From Paraspadella gotoi (taxonomy: Eukaryota > Animalia > Chaetognatha), in assembly GCA_051294375.1 (NCBI GenBank), contig CM119263.1:31132949-31196948 (forward strand): a stretch of DNA of 64,000 nucleotides, given 5' to 3'. Shown one piece after another: positions 1 through 12,439 of the stretch (position 1 is the first letter of the stretch; every line of letters starts with the position of its first letter). A model generated the notes under the pieces. The model saw only the letters and a list, made by a program, of their open reading frames with translations, was not told the origin of the DNA and ran no database searches. The position numbers were made by a program, and so were the translations under genes.

Positions 1-1933
1 ACTGACCCCGGGTCACATCGTCTTCATGACGACGACCGGTTCCATTCGAAAGATCCGACTCAGCGAAGATCGAGCTGACGAACCACCGCGGACGCTCCAA
101 TTGAAGCCGGGCGCTCTCGACGATATCTTCCACGACCTGGCCGACGAGGGGGTCAGTAAGGATTTATATATATATTTATATATACAGTTTGAATTATTTT
201 ACTAATCTTCAGGACGTCGTTCTCTCCGGCGAGAAAAAGCCGAAGAAAAAGTCGAGCCGCGCGGAGAAAACGAAAAAGGAAGATGGGACGACGACTCAAG
301 TCTCGGAATTCGAGCGAAAAGTCGGAGTCTTGACTCGATTCGAGGAAAACCTCGTCGATTCGTCGCGTGAATTCATCGCCGCCTGGCAGAGCGAACCTCT
401 CAAGCGTCGCCGCGTATCCTGCGCCCTATGCAGCGCCATCGTCGACGGGACTTACCACGACCTCATGGAGCACGTGTGGACGGAGCACGTCCCGACAGAG
501 GGCGGGCGAAAGGCCGATCACGTCTGTCAGTTCTGCCCACGCCGTTACGCCAATCGGGCCGACCTTGTGTGTCACGTGAGGAACGTCCACGAGGGGGAGA
601 CGTTGGATTGTCGGGTGAGAGGTAGGGGAGAGGATATTGTGGGGGGGGGAGGAAATGAGGGTTGGTGGCAAAGAGAAAAAGAGAAGAAAAGACAATGTTT
701 AATAAGAAATAATTTACTTTACTAATTTACTTTTTCAAAGGATTTTAAAATCAAGAGTGAAAATTAATAGATGAATAAATATATAATTATTTATTATTTC
801 CTATTGCAGCATTGCGGCCGCAAGGAATTCGCCAACAAACGGAACCTCCGCAACCATGAAACCATTTGCGACCGCAACACGACCGCCTCGGAACAAGACC
901 GCAAGCCTTTCTGCTGCGCCGAATGCCCACGGACATTCGCCCACGCGTGGGGCCTCAAGTCTCACGTTAACCACGCCCATTCCGACCACGCCCCTTCCCG
1001 CGTCGCTTGTCCCACTTGCGCCAAGACATTCGCCAACAAGAGCGTGCTGGACACTCACGTGCGCACGGTGCATTTTGGTGAGAAGGAAACACCGCGTCCA
1101 TGTCCAGACTGCGGAAAGCCCTACACGATTCGCGCCTTAAGGGAACACCGGAAGCGCGACCATCAGGGCTTGAGATACGCCTGTCCAGATTGCGCCACCA
1201 CCAAACTATTTACAACGAAGATCATGTTGTCCAGACATCGAGAAGTCGTTCATCAGAAGAGAAGATTCAGGTATGTTGATGGCTTGATTGGTTGATTGGT
1301 TGATTGGGGAACTCAGACGGAGCTCTTTGTTGATAATTTACACCGTGTAAGCTATACACAAGATAATAAACTAATAATAACTAACAAATAAAATGGCAGA
1401 TGTACGTTATGCATGGCCGAGTTTGTCGATCGATGCGCTTGGAAGTTACATCACGAAGCTGAGCACGTTGGAAAAAGATATCCCTGTCCCCAGGTGAGCG
1501 ATTGCGATCGTTAAGTGATACTCACTCAACGTTCTCATTTTTCTAAAAGTCCAAAATTCTCACACTTTAGTGTCAAAAACAATTCAAACGACCGGGCGAT
1601 GTCAGGAGACACATTAAAGAAGTTCACCAGCAATTTCGATACACCTGCCAGTTTTGCGAAAAAAGTTTCAGTCAACAAGCGAAATTAAAGTTACATATTC
1701 GATCGTTACACATGGGAAATTACCCTCATATTTGCAAGTAGGTTACACCGACTTGTTTTCTAAATTAAACTTTAACATCTAACGCAAAATAAATATTTTA
1801 AATCAATATTGACAGCATTTGCGGAAAAGGATTTCTCCGGCCCAGCGTCCTCAAGAGTCACATGGAAAAGCATCATCACGTCGGCGTCATTCCAGAGGAC
1901 ATGATTCTCCTTAAACCTCTTCCTTCAAACTGA
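1..1933 (+). CDS. Multi-exon C2H2 zinc-finger protein (5' end outside window)
   Basis: Repeated CxxC-x12-HxxxxH fingers (CQFCPRRYANRADLVCHVRNVH, CPTCAKTFANKSVLDTHVRTVH) across exons at about 213-614, 810-1270, 1400-1493, 1571-1737 and 1816-1933, separated by GT-AG introns; stop TGA 1931-1933. Confidence 0.88.
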
Positions 1934-2052
1934 ATTCTCCCCCCCCCCCATCCCACAACTCTTCTTTTTTTAACATCGTGTTATTTATTAGTTGTCAAGA
2001 CGTTAAGCTTATTTATTTACAATCGCTGAAAATACTTCGTTATTTTTTCAGG

Positions 2053-4722
2053 ATGGAGGAAACGCTCGATAATCGATCGCTAGATTTAGATTCGACGATC
2101 GACACGAACTCTGGTTACCTCTTGCCGTCGGAGATCGCTCGCCTCGTTCTCGGTTATCTACGGACGCGAGGATGCAAAGATTCTTACTCGACCTTTCTGC
2201 GAGAGAGCGAAGATCTGGTCGAATTCCGCTGCGTGGTAGAGGGAGGCAAGCCAGCGGCCACGTCCCTATGCGGATTGACACTCTCCGGAATATTGGAGGA
2301 TTATTGCGCCTTGAAATTGCAGAGGATCCAAGTTTCATCTTCCTCTTCTTTCGACGACGATCATTGGGAGAAAATGCGCGTCTCTTGGATGCGGATCGAG
2401 AAACTGATGACTCTGCAGCGGCTGGAGGCGGGGCGGCTGCAGAACTTGGTCGCCGTTGAACGCGAACGTTGGAAGCATCGGTCGTTTAAGAGAAAGAGGC
2501 AAAATTTACCGACGTCGCTTCCTAGCGCTTCCGGTTTATCCGTCGACAGTTCTACGACGATTTTGCCCGAAGAATCCTGCAGCGACTCGAGATGCGTCGA
2601 TGAAGCATCTGTCATTTCTGAGAAAAGCGAGGCTGCGATCGATCGAGATACTGTCGATCTTGGTCGTTCGAAATCGAGGATGGGAATTGAATCTACGACG
2701 GAGTTGGAGGATAAGGTTGACCACAGAAATGAGAAGAGACTTTGTTTAAATCAAAACAAAAATTCAAATCGTTTCCTTGTTTCCGAGAAATCTGAAGAAA
2801 TTGTGACGATGAGAACAGAGGAGATGAGTGAAAGTGCGGCCCAATTATCTTCGACTGAGATGGAAATATCTCCTATAATGGGAGATACGACCGAAAATAA
2901 AAAACGACTTTGTTTAAACCATAATTCAGATATTTCCCGAGAAATTGACATAACAGAAAAAAACCTGATAACAAAAAAAGACGAAAATAGTGAAAGATCG
3001 ACTGGGTCATCTTCGTCTGTTGTCGGCGGAGATGAGGATGAAAATGAAAAGCGAATTTGTTTAGACCAATATAAACAAAATAAACAATATAAACAAACAG
3101 ATGATTTGCTTAGAATTGACAAAACTGAGCAAATTGTGACCAATGAAATGAAAGATGAAACGTTCACATTCTCGGTAGACTTGGCGACTTTTCCTTTTTT
3201 TAAGGCGGGAAATGAGGCTGGAAACGTAAGGACAGTTTGTTTAAACCAAAACAGTGAAGCAGAAACTTTATCGAAAACTTTTCCAAACCTACTGACGATG
3301 GAATCAAAAGAGAAGGAAACTACAATTCCCTTATCCTCAGTAAACTTTGAAGCTTCTCATTTTCCTCAAGCAGGAAATGAGACTGAAAACATGAAAACAC
3401 TTTGTTTGAAGCAAAAACGAAAAGCGAAAACTTTGTCGAAAATCGCGCCAAAACTAATGACGGTGGAAACAAAAGAGAAAAACGATCCTCCCGACGATTC
3501 ATCTCCAGTAAAGTTGGTGGCTTTTGAAACAAACTTAACGAGGCAGGAAGCGGAAGATTCTACTCAGAACTCTGCCAAGGTTCAATCCTCGGTCCACGAT
3601 TCGTCGACTGAACAAGTTTCAGATGGAATCCTTGCTAATTCTCTTTCATATTCGGAATCCAAAAGCGGGTCTTACATATCCCGACATTCTCCCGCCTTTG
3701 ACGAGGTCGAAATGACGAGGAAATTAAAAAAATTAGATTTAGCTAAAGCCTCTTCGAAGTTGATGCGGTTGAAAGATTGGAATCGGTCTTCAACAAAGTG
3801 CGAAAGACAAAGGGATCGAAGGATTTCTCCCGTCGATTCAACGGGTAGCCCTTGTCTCGGTGCCAAAGCGTCAACGTTATCTGAGGTTCAGAATCAAATC
3901 AATGTCACCGAAATATCTCTCGTGGACTCGGATGATTTCACTTCATTAAATTCTCGTAACTTGATGTCGTCCAGTGAATCGAATCGCGTTCGACCTGAAA
4001 TTATCAGGCCTCGCCAAAATCTATTTTGCAAATCGGAGCGAGACACTTTGGAAAATCCTATGGGCTTCTCCGCGCTGGACATCAGGGATGAGAATGACTC
4101 GTCTGGCAATGTTTCTGTGATTGATGCTAGAGGGCTCGATGCTAATGACACATCAGTTTCGGGACCTGAAAATACAGACTTATCAGGCTTCGATTCGGGC
4201 CTTGAAGCAAAAGACTCGTCAGACCTTGTTTCTGTAATTGATGCAAGAGGACTCAACGCTAACAACTCGTCAGTTTTGGGACTAAAAGACACTCCAGACT
4301 CATCAGGCCTCGTTTTGGGCATTGAAGCTAGTTGCTCATCAGGCCTTGTTTCGAGCCTGGAAGCAACAGACTTATCAGATGTTGCTACGAGCTTTGAAGC
4401 AAAATGCTTATCAGGCCTTGAAGCTAAAGACTCATCGGGCCTCGAAGCTAAATCCTCGACAGCTGTTGTTTCTAAACTTAACGGTGGCGTGATCGATAAG
4501 GACACTGGCGCGATCGTCGCTACAACGAGCCAAATCTCAAAAAAATCTCCTGTCGACGACGACGACGACAAATCGTCGAAACCGTCGACCGATAAGAAAT
4601 CGATCTCACGTCACAAATACGGAACCGCTAACGTCATCAATGAAACGCTTATTTCCAAGAGACTCAAAAATATCAAAGATTTTTCGCGGCTCAAGAAAAA
4701 TATCTCTTATGCCGTTTCGTGA
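2053..4722 (+). CDS. NPAT: NPAT/Mxc-like protein: N-terminal LisH domain plus long low-complexity repeat region, single exon
   Basis: LLPSEIARLVLGYL...TFLRESEDLVEF...SLCGLTLSGILEDY resembles the NPAT N-terminus as recalled (MLLPSDVARLVLGYL...TFILESSDLKEY...SLFGKNLTTILNEY). ATG at 2053 directly follows a ttttttcag acceptor. Confidence 0.7.
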   Translation: MEETLDNRSLDLDSTIDTNSGYLLPSEIARLVLGYLRTRGCKDSYSTFLRESEDLVEFRCVVEGGKPAATSLCGLTLSGILEDYCALKLQRIQVSSSSSFDDDHWEKMRVSWMRIEKLMTLQRLEAGRLQNLVAVERERWKHRSFKRKRQNLPTSLPSASGLSVDSSTTILPEESCSDSRCVDEASVISEKSEAAIDRDTVDLGRSKSRMGIESTTELEDKVDHRNEKRLCLNQNKNSNRFLVSEKSEEIVTMRTEEMSESAAQLSSTEMEISPIMGDTTENKKRLCLNHNSDISREIDITEKNLITKKDENSERSTGSSSSVVGGDEDENEKRICLDQYKQNKQYKQTDDLLRIDKTEQIVTNEMKDETFTFSVDLATFPFFKAGNEAGNVRTVCLNQNSEAETLSKTFPNLLTMESKEKETTIPLSSVNFEASHFPQAGNETENMKTLCLKQKRKAKTLSKIAPKLMTVETKEKNDPPDDSSPVKLVAFETNLTRQEAEDSTQNSAKVQSSVHDSSTEQVSDGILANSLSYSESKSGSYISRHSPAFDEVEMTRKLKKLDLAKASSKLMRLKDWNRSSTKCERQRDRRISPVDSTGSPCLGAKASTLSEVQNQINVTEISLVDSDDFTSLNSRNLMSSSESNRVRPEIIRPRQNLFCKSERDTLENPMGFSALDIRDENDSSGNVSVIDARGLDANDTSVSGPENTDLSGFDSGLEAKDSSDLVSVIDARGLNANNSSVLGLKDTPDSSGLVLGIEASCSSGLVSSLEATDLSDVATSFEAKCLSGLEAKDSSGLEAKSSTAVVSKLNGGVIDKDTGAIVATTSQISKKSPVDDDDDKSSKPSTDKKSISRHKYGTANVINETLISKRLKNIKDFSRLKKNISYAVS

Positions 4723-5263
4723 TTTTTTCTCTTTAATTTGAACTTAATTTAAACTTAATTTATCGGAATGCGGAAACGCTGATCTTTCCCGTTGGGCGAT
4801 GATCTTGATCTTGATTTTGATCTTTTAAATGCAAAATTCAGAAATTTTATTGAACTTTAATTAGTTAAATTGATGTGTAATATGTGAAAAACTAGTTGGC
4901 CGATGACCTCTGATTATGTCATTTTTTTATCAATCAATCTACCGTTTTACTTCGTAATCGTTTTTAATTTTGATAGTACAATAGCAAGCAAAAATTTAAA
5001 AAAAACTGAGGGAGAAGCCATTGCCAGATGACCGTTAAGACTTGTGCTGCTACTCTGATCCGGTTGGCTGAAAGTTATACGATGAAGATTACCTAATTTC
5101 ACATCGCTGACCTCGGTGAGATTTCCGTTTTCATTGCAAAATTTCAAGTTTATTTGAATTATTATTTTTAAAATTTCTTCTATGTAATTGATTAGGATTC
5201 TCCACAAATCTTAGCAATTCGATTTGGAGTCAAAATGCGCCTTTCATTGTCATTCGCTTATTT

Positions 5264-8200
5264 ATGATGGACGTCAACATGGGCGCCTCTAGCGGTAAGT
5301 ATTTCTCCTTTTGTTTTTTATGTTGAAATGTTTTTGAGTGTTTGCTTCCACCGCCAGGTCCTCCAACGCCTCCGCACACTGACGCGGAGGACGAAGGGGG
5401 CGTTCGACCGGTCGCCACCAAATCCACTGTGCCGACGAATATACCGCTGGTTCCGTCGGGTATGATTAAGAATTCTTTAATTTCATTTACATATTGCCGT
5501 AATAAAAATAACTTTTTTATTAATCTTTTTTTGACTATTTTAACTATTAGTTTGCAACTGTATTTTATTTTTCCTTATCTTATATTAAGCTAATCTTTAA
5601 CTAATTCAACTTAATCTCCATCAGACGCAACGAACGATTTATTCGCTTCTCCACCGGAAAATCGTTGCGCCGACATTTGCGAAAGATGCGGAAAAGAAAT
5701 AAGACACGGTAGCGATTAGTTTATTAAACAAGAAAATACCTTCCGACTTCCTTAAGCTTTTCAGTTTGATGAACTTTTCTCTTTACTTTTAATTTTAATT
5801 CCTATTTTTCCTTTTTTTCTGTTACATACTTTGTAGGTTGTGTTTGCGAGTTTTCGTTGTCACTGCATTGAACGTTTCACAATGAAACTCCTCCCCCTTT
5901 TTGTCACAGGATTGGTGATGCGTTTAAGTCACTCCTACCACTCTTCTTGCTTCGGGATGCTGGAGAAGGAGAACGTCGGAGAATCGATGGAGGTCTCCAG
6001 CTACGTTAATCTGGAGATGGACAACAGCAAAACCTCTTGGGGCGAAGATTCATTTTCTAAGTGTGTCTAAACCAAATTTTGAAAAATATTCCTTTGCCAG
6101 ACAAGAGAACGATTTTTTATATTGTTTTCTATTTTGAGAACGGTAACTAAAATTATTTCATATTTATTAAACCGAACCACCCCTTATAGAGACCCGGATC
6201 TTCCTATCATGGGTTTTCCCGCCCTCACGACGCGGCGTCCCACGACTTCGGCGCCGCCGACGCCGATCGCGACGACGACGACGTCTAGTGGCGATGAACA
6301 CAAATCTTCGTCTCCTCGCGGCGCCTCCTTCATCTTCTCTCGCGTCTCCAAGTTTCGTCGAAAGCCGTCGTCGAAATCCAAGGACGGGGAAGTCATGGGC
6401 CGCCCACCGAAGCCAGGAGGAGGAAGAGGAGGAGGCGCCACTTTACTTCCTGTCTCGGCCTCCTCCTTCGATCTCCCCGATCCGCCCGTCAATCCCGTCG
6501 AGCGTCGACGAGCCGCTTCGCTCAGTGTGCCTCAAGGCGCCGTCAATTTTGGCCTTCCGGGCCACTGGACGCCCACTGGTCATCCCACGGGTCATCCTAC
6601 GTGTCATCCCTCGGGTCATCCGCCCTTCGCTCCTCACTTTCTGCCCAATTATCAAAACTTGTTTCCCGCTCGTTCTCCGCCGCGGGGTCCGGAATCTTTG
6701 TTCAAAGTGGCCTTTCCTCACCGGGGCAATCACAGAGATTACGCCTTAGTCGATTACGAAGCCAAAGAGACCGCGCAGGTTGATAATCAATTCTACTCTC
6801 CCTCTTTTATATATGTTGTATTGTTAATATTGTTATATAGTTTAATGGTTCACTTAACTGAAAAAATAATTAGTAATAGATGCTTGCGCTGGCATCTTTC
6901 CATCAAATGAAAACTTTTACTGAAAGGTTGAAAGAAACCGAGTAGAACGACAACTAAATTTCCTGAAAGCTTCTAGACTCGACTCAATTACACGTGTAGG
7001 AGTGGGACTAGTATTTTTCTAAAAATCTATCTCTTAGTCTTACACACGCTTTTCGATTTTGTCATTATAATATTGAAAAAGTTTCATTAATTCACCCCAA
7101 AACGATAAACCAGTTTTAATCAAAGGAAAAAAAAGAGCATTGAGCATAGGAATTAAAAATAAAGCAAAAAGGGGATTTCCGTTTTTGTAAGAAAGAGCCG
7201 CCATTGATTGAGCGCTGAAAAGCCTCCTTATTCTTTCCCCTTCATATTTTTTATATTCCGCTCCCCTCCCCCCTCTCCTCCCCCTCCCACTCGGCGCTAG
7301 AATTTGGCGGGAATGAGTCTGGACGCTTCATTGCGGCGCCGTCCGTCGGACGTGGCGTCGCGGCATCTTCCGCTCGGTGCGGCGGGTGAGTTTGAGACGG
7401 AGACTGACTACACGGAGATGGACTTCACTTCTCTCGATTCGAGTCGGAGTCAAAAGAAGAAAACGACGACGTCGTCGTCCTCTTCGGTCGGAATCGCGAA
7501 TCGAAACCCGAAAAACACGCAGAGTCTCGATCGAAGTCTGAAGAGATCGAAGGCCAGGATGTTCGCCCGAGCCGGAGACGGAATGGGTGAGACCATTTCC
7601 GAGAAATCATGATGGTTCATTTGTTCACTTCTTCTGACAATGTGTTATTATTTTGGAGTTGCTCTTTTTGTCTCTAACCTCCCAAAAAACAAAACAAAAA
7701 AAAAACAAAAAAAACCAAAAACAAAACTTACCCGCCACAGATTCGGGACCGCCATCTATTGAAGGAATGACTGAGCCGGATTCTCGGCCGACGCGACTCG
7801 GGACATCGCCAGACTCTCGCGCCGGTTTCGCCGCAGCCGCCGCCGCAGTCGGAGTCAATTGGTTCGCTTCTCTCGGCAAAGACAAATCGGCGCAGCCAAT
7901 CCCCGTCGCGACTTCGCCCAAATCGGGGAAAGGCCCTTGCGCTTCGGCGGGTAAGTTTGGGGAATTTTAAATTAGGAAGATGTTCGTTTGGTTATTTAGA
8001 GAAAGGAAATCGCAACCAAAAAAATGTTCAATACTTAATGTTAATAAATTACAAATTTTAATAACTATCCATTTCTTATAAAGGTATAGCAGAGATGCTA
8101 TAGGCTATAGCTATGGCTGGAATCACAAGAATAATTATAAGTATAATTAAGTTATTATGATTATTATTATTATATGATTAATTAATAGTTGAACCATAAA

Positions 8201-9133
8201 CAAACATGATCATTTGCTAATTTGAAATCTCAATATTTAACCTTCAGGGCAATAGAATGAAAATTTATCAAAACTTAATCTGAACACCACAATATGTAAA
8301 TGAGATTGAGGAACTCGACCTCATTTAAAATGATTCACAAATTAATCAGATAAAAATGGTCACATATCGATTGTCGACAGGAACAACTCCGCCTTTATCG
8401 CTCAGCGATCCCTCTCGATCCTCTTTCCTCGCCAACCTCGCCTCATCTGTCTCCCCGCAATCGTCGCCACCGGGACCGCCGCCCATCGTGCCACGCCCAA
8501 TCGCTGCCGCGACCTCTGTCGGCGGTCTGGGCGTCAACGTTCCGATCGGTAGCTGGAACAAATACCGGCCGAGATCTGGGAAACAGTATGCCAATACCGA
8601 AATGCTGAGGATCTCAATAGGTAAAAATGGTGGGGAATGATGAAAGACTGGCATCGATCCCTTATTAATTCCAATTTACCTCCCTCTTCAACCGGAACAG
8701 GAAGCGACGGAGTCCCCCCGGGCCCTTACTCATCGAGCAGCGGATCTCGCGAGCGGACTAACTCATCGGAGACCGACCAAGAACTCTCTCCGCCGCAAAG
8801 CCTCGACGCGACGATGGGATCTCCGACGATGGGTCCGTCCACCGTCTCATCTTACGTCTTCGCCAAACCTCTGCCCGTCAAGTCGACGTCTTGGGGTCGC
8901 GGGCCGCTCGGCGGATCGCCCCATACGCAGTTCGAGATGGATTCCCTCTCGCCGTCGGGCGTGCTCGGTGGAGCGCTGCTGTCTACGACGGTGGCGCCTC
9001 TTCGAGGACCCGGCGAAGGCGACGTCTCCGCGGCCGAGAGCCCTCCGCTTTCTTCGATGGAGGAACCGCCCTATCTCGACATGTCCATCTCATCGCCTTC
9101 GCAAATGCGGACAATCGTCAGTGACGACGTACA
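5264..9133 (+). CDS. Ser/Pro-rich multi-exon protein with tyrosine docking motifs (IRS/Gab-like adaptor?); may continue in small exons at about 18414-19073 beyond the TE block
   Basis: GC-rich exons bounded by GT-AG introns (ATG 5264, donor gtaag 5294). Motifs seen: YVNL, DYTEM, YLDM, YANT, DYALVD. No PH/PTB domain recognised. Confidence 0.5.
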
Positions 9134-9520
9134 GGTGGGAAGGGTGGTTGTGGGATGCGGGGACGCGGAAAGAAGTTTTTGTATTTGTAACTATGTACCA
9201 TTGTGCTAGGAAATCCACGTGTTACGACCTCAAAAAAAAAAAAATTGTTCAGTTACCAACTTAAATACAACTGTTGCTGAACAGTCACTTGTCTCGTTAA
9301 TTTTTTTTTGAATGCCCTCATCCCATTGCGAATTCTGGTTCCAAGTGGAACCGGGATTCTTCATGGCTCCTCTCCACCACGCAGATGCTCTTTTGATCCA
9401 GATGTCGTGTGCCACAAGAAATACAAAAGAGAAAAACAGAAGGAGTAGACTCCTCCTGCTCCTCTCCTCCTCTTCCTCCTCTCAGCTCCATCTTCCGGGA
9501 TGCATCGGAAGGAGAAACAC

Positions 9521-10450
9521 TCATCCACAAGACCCCGCTGAGAGAAACCCCAAGCCGACTCCCGACAAAAGCGGAAGAAAAGTCTGAGCGCCCGACCAGT
9601 CTCCAGCACGAAGAATGACGTCCAAGTCCACTCCTTTAGCGAAGGCCTCTGAAACTGCCATAGCGCGAGTAGATCCAGGAGGCGCGTCAATGTCCGCATC
9701 TCTAAAGACTGACTTGATCAGAGCGGAAAAACGCTGGAGAGACAAAGGTCCATGAGGTGGCGCCGGGGAAGAGAAGAGAAAATCGTGCTGAGGCCGTAGA
9801 ACTTGTCTGACGGACAACCAGGAATGCAAGGCCAGGACCGGGCATCGAACAGAACCGGTCAGTCGATCCAAACGAAAAACAGGCCCAGATGACGAATCCG
9901 ATCCGTCTTGGAAAGCCTGGAGGGCACGAAACGTACTTGATCCTCAACCAAAAACATGTGGTCCGGACCACATCGCAAGGAGACCAATTCAGAAGGTCGC
10001 CTGGCGGAAGCCAAAGCAAGAAGAAACGTAGTCTTGCGTAAAATGTCATAAGGTGATAGCGGAAAAGGCATCACATCAAAAACGCGCAAAACCGCAGCCA
10101 CACTCCAAGCTGGTAGATCCGGCGCGAAGGAGGCCGTAGCTGAAAAACTCCTTTGAGTAGACGGCAAACCAATGGGTGCTGACCGATAGGAGCACCCTCC
10201 ACCAAAGGCAAAGTCGCAGAAATCGCCGATCTATGCACATTGATGGTGCTATAAGGACAATCCGTTGTCACTAAGATGGGCGAGATAATCCAGCACATCC
10301 TTCACAGAAGCTTGATCTCCTCGAAGGTCCCGACCTTGAAGGAAGGAGACGAAGGACTTCCAAGCCCTTTCGTAACGGGAACCAGTGGAGAATCTCCAAC
10401 TCTTGCAATGAGAGAGAAGGCCGAATTGCTGACGTTTGAGAGTCCGTGCG
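9521..10450 (-). pseudogene. DIRS tyrosine recombinase ORF (frameshifted)
   Basis: YSTINVHRSAIS..GQHPLVCRLLKG, FLLALASARRPSEL, CPVLAL, GSTRAMAVS..ILRAGDWS..TF. Confidence 0.9.
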
Positions 10451-10529
10451 CCCGCCGATAATCCTCCAGACGACCAGCTTGAGGCGATCTAGGAGCGACG
10501 GAATGTCGTCCAAGGCCAGGTCGACCACC

Positions 10530-12434
10530 AATCGGCGAGACCAAGGTAGGCGGCGCACCTCCAACACATGAAGATCCAGTAGAGACGGGAACCACTTCTG
10601 GGCTGGCCAAAACGGAGTCACCAACAGGAACTCCCCACTGCCTCCCTCAACTTGAAGATCACTCGAGGGATCAAAGGGAGGGGAGGAAAAACAAAGGCTC
10701 GGTCGAAAACCCAGACTTGACTCAGGGCGTCGAGCCCCTCCGCATCTTCTTCCATCCTCCAAGAGAAGAATCGGGCACCTGACGAGAGGAACTCGTCGCA
10801 AACAGGTCGATCTGAGGAAGACCGAAGATCTTGGCAATCCGACGAAAAACTTGAGGGTCCAAGTGCCAATCCTGAACTGCTCTCCCGCGAGAGGCCGCAT
10901 CCGCAACAGGTTCTCCTCTGAGGGAACATGAACACCCACGATCCGGATCCCAGAGAGTCTGCTAGAAGAAGAGATTCTCTCACAATTTCGTGGAGAGATG
11001 GCGAGCGGCTGCAAAAGCGTCGGAGACAAGCAAGAGACACCAAACTGTCCGTCTTCCACAGAAGATTGCTGTCGCAAATCTGATCTCCGAAGGAACGTAG
11101 GAATCTGAGGAGAACCATGAACTCTTCGCAGTTATATGGAGAGGGGCAAACGCATCCTCCCAAACTCCCTGATGAAGGACTCCGCGAAAAAGGAAGCCCC
11201 ATCCCTCCAAGGAGGCGTCCGTTGTCACTTCCGAAGTGCAACTCTCCGGGAGAAGATCGTCGACTGGCGCTGAACAAGCCCTTGGATTGAGAATCGAAAT
11301 CCAAAGAAGTTCCTCCTTCGCAGCTTCCGAGAAGAGGATCAACTTCTCCAAATCCCTCTCCGAATGATAAACAAGATTGAGATCGTGCTGAATCCGCGCC
11401 GACCTGCAGCGGAGTATCGGAGACGCTGGGATGGCTGCAGCCACATGACCCATGAGCTGAAGAACCTGACGGGCTGATGGAGTGATCCCTTCCAAGAGGG
11501 ATGAAGCCAGAGATCTGAGGGCTGAGATCTTTCGCTGGGGAAGCGCAACTTGGTGAAGCGCCCCGTCCCACTGGAGACCCAGAAACTCGAAGTTCTGAGA
11601 AGGGACTAATCTTGACTTTTTGGGGTGAATAATGAACCCCGCATCCTTGAGAAGTCGAAGAGCCACTTGGTGTTGGAAAGACACTCCTCCATGGACGCGC
11701 CCAGAATGAGAATATCGTCGATGTAAAAAAGACATCGAATGCCCTCGCCCGAAGCCAAGCCACCAAGGGGCGTGTCGTCTTGGTGAACAACCAAGGGCCT
11801 GTTGCAAGGCCAAAAGGAAGGACCTTGTATTGGTAAATCTTGCCTCTCCAAATAAAACGGCAAAACTTGCGGTGATCCGTGTGCAGAGGCAAATGGAGAT
11901 AGGCATCTCTGAGATCGATTGAGGCTGCCCAGTCCCCTGGGCGCAACATCCTCCTGACATCTTGAGCCCCTTCCATACGAAAATAAGGGGAGAGATGAAC
12001 GCCTTGTTGAGCCTCTTGAGGTTCAGAATAGGCCTCCAACCGCCGTCCTTCTTTGTAACCAGAAAAATCTTTGAAAAGAAGCCCGGAGAAGGAGGAACCT
12101 CCTCTATCGCCCCCTTCTCTAAGGCGGCAGAAACCTCCGCGTCGACTAGAGAGTCCCTCTCTCCGAAAGAAGGAGTCTCGTCTGAAGGAACCGGCATCCT
12201 GACTGGGATCCTCTCCGCACCTGAGATGCGAAAACCCCGAACGTTCTGAAGAACTGGAGAATCTTCCTCCACTAACTTCTCCCAAAAGGGGAGGAAAAAA
12301 CGTAATCTGCCCCCCACTGGAACAGCGGGGAGAAGGGCCGGAGAACCGAGAATCGTGTCCTGGGACAAATCCGAGGCCTGATAATCCTGAGGGGCCGGAC
12401 GAGCGACGGCCGCAAAGGAGATCCTGGGAGTCAC
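10530..12434 (-). pseudogene. DIRS RT-RNase H-methyltransferase-like ORF (frameshifted)
   Basis: RT: FLVTKKDGGWRPILNLKRLN, IDLRDAYLHLP, YKVLPFGLATGP, FYIDDILI. RNase H: VTTDASLEGWG. MT-like: DALSQVW..AFVFPPLPLIPRV..LVTPFWPAQKWF. Spread over several frames. Confidence 0.93.
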
Positions 12435-12439
12435 TTGGC

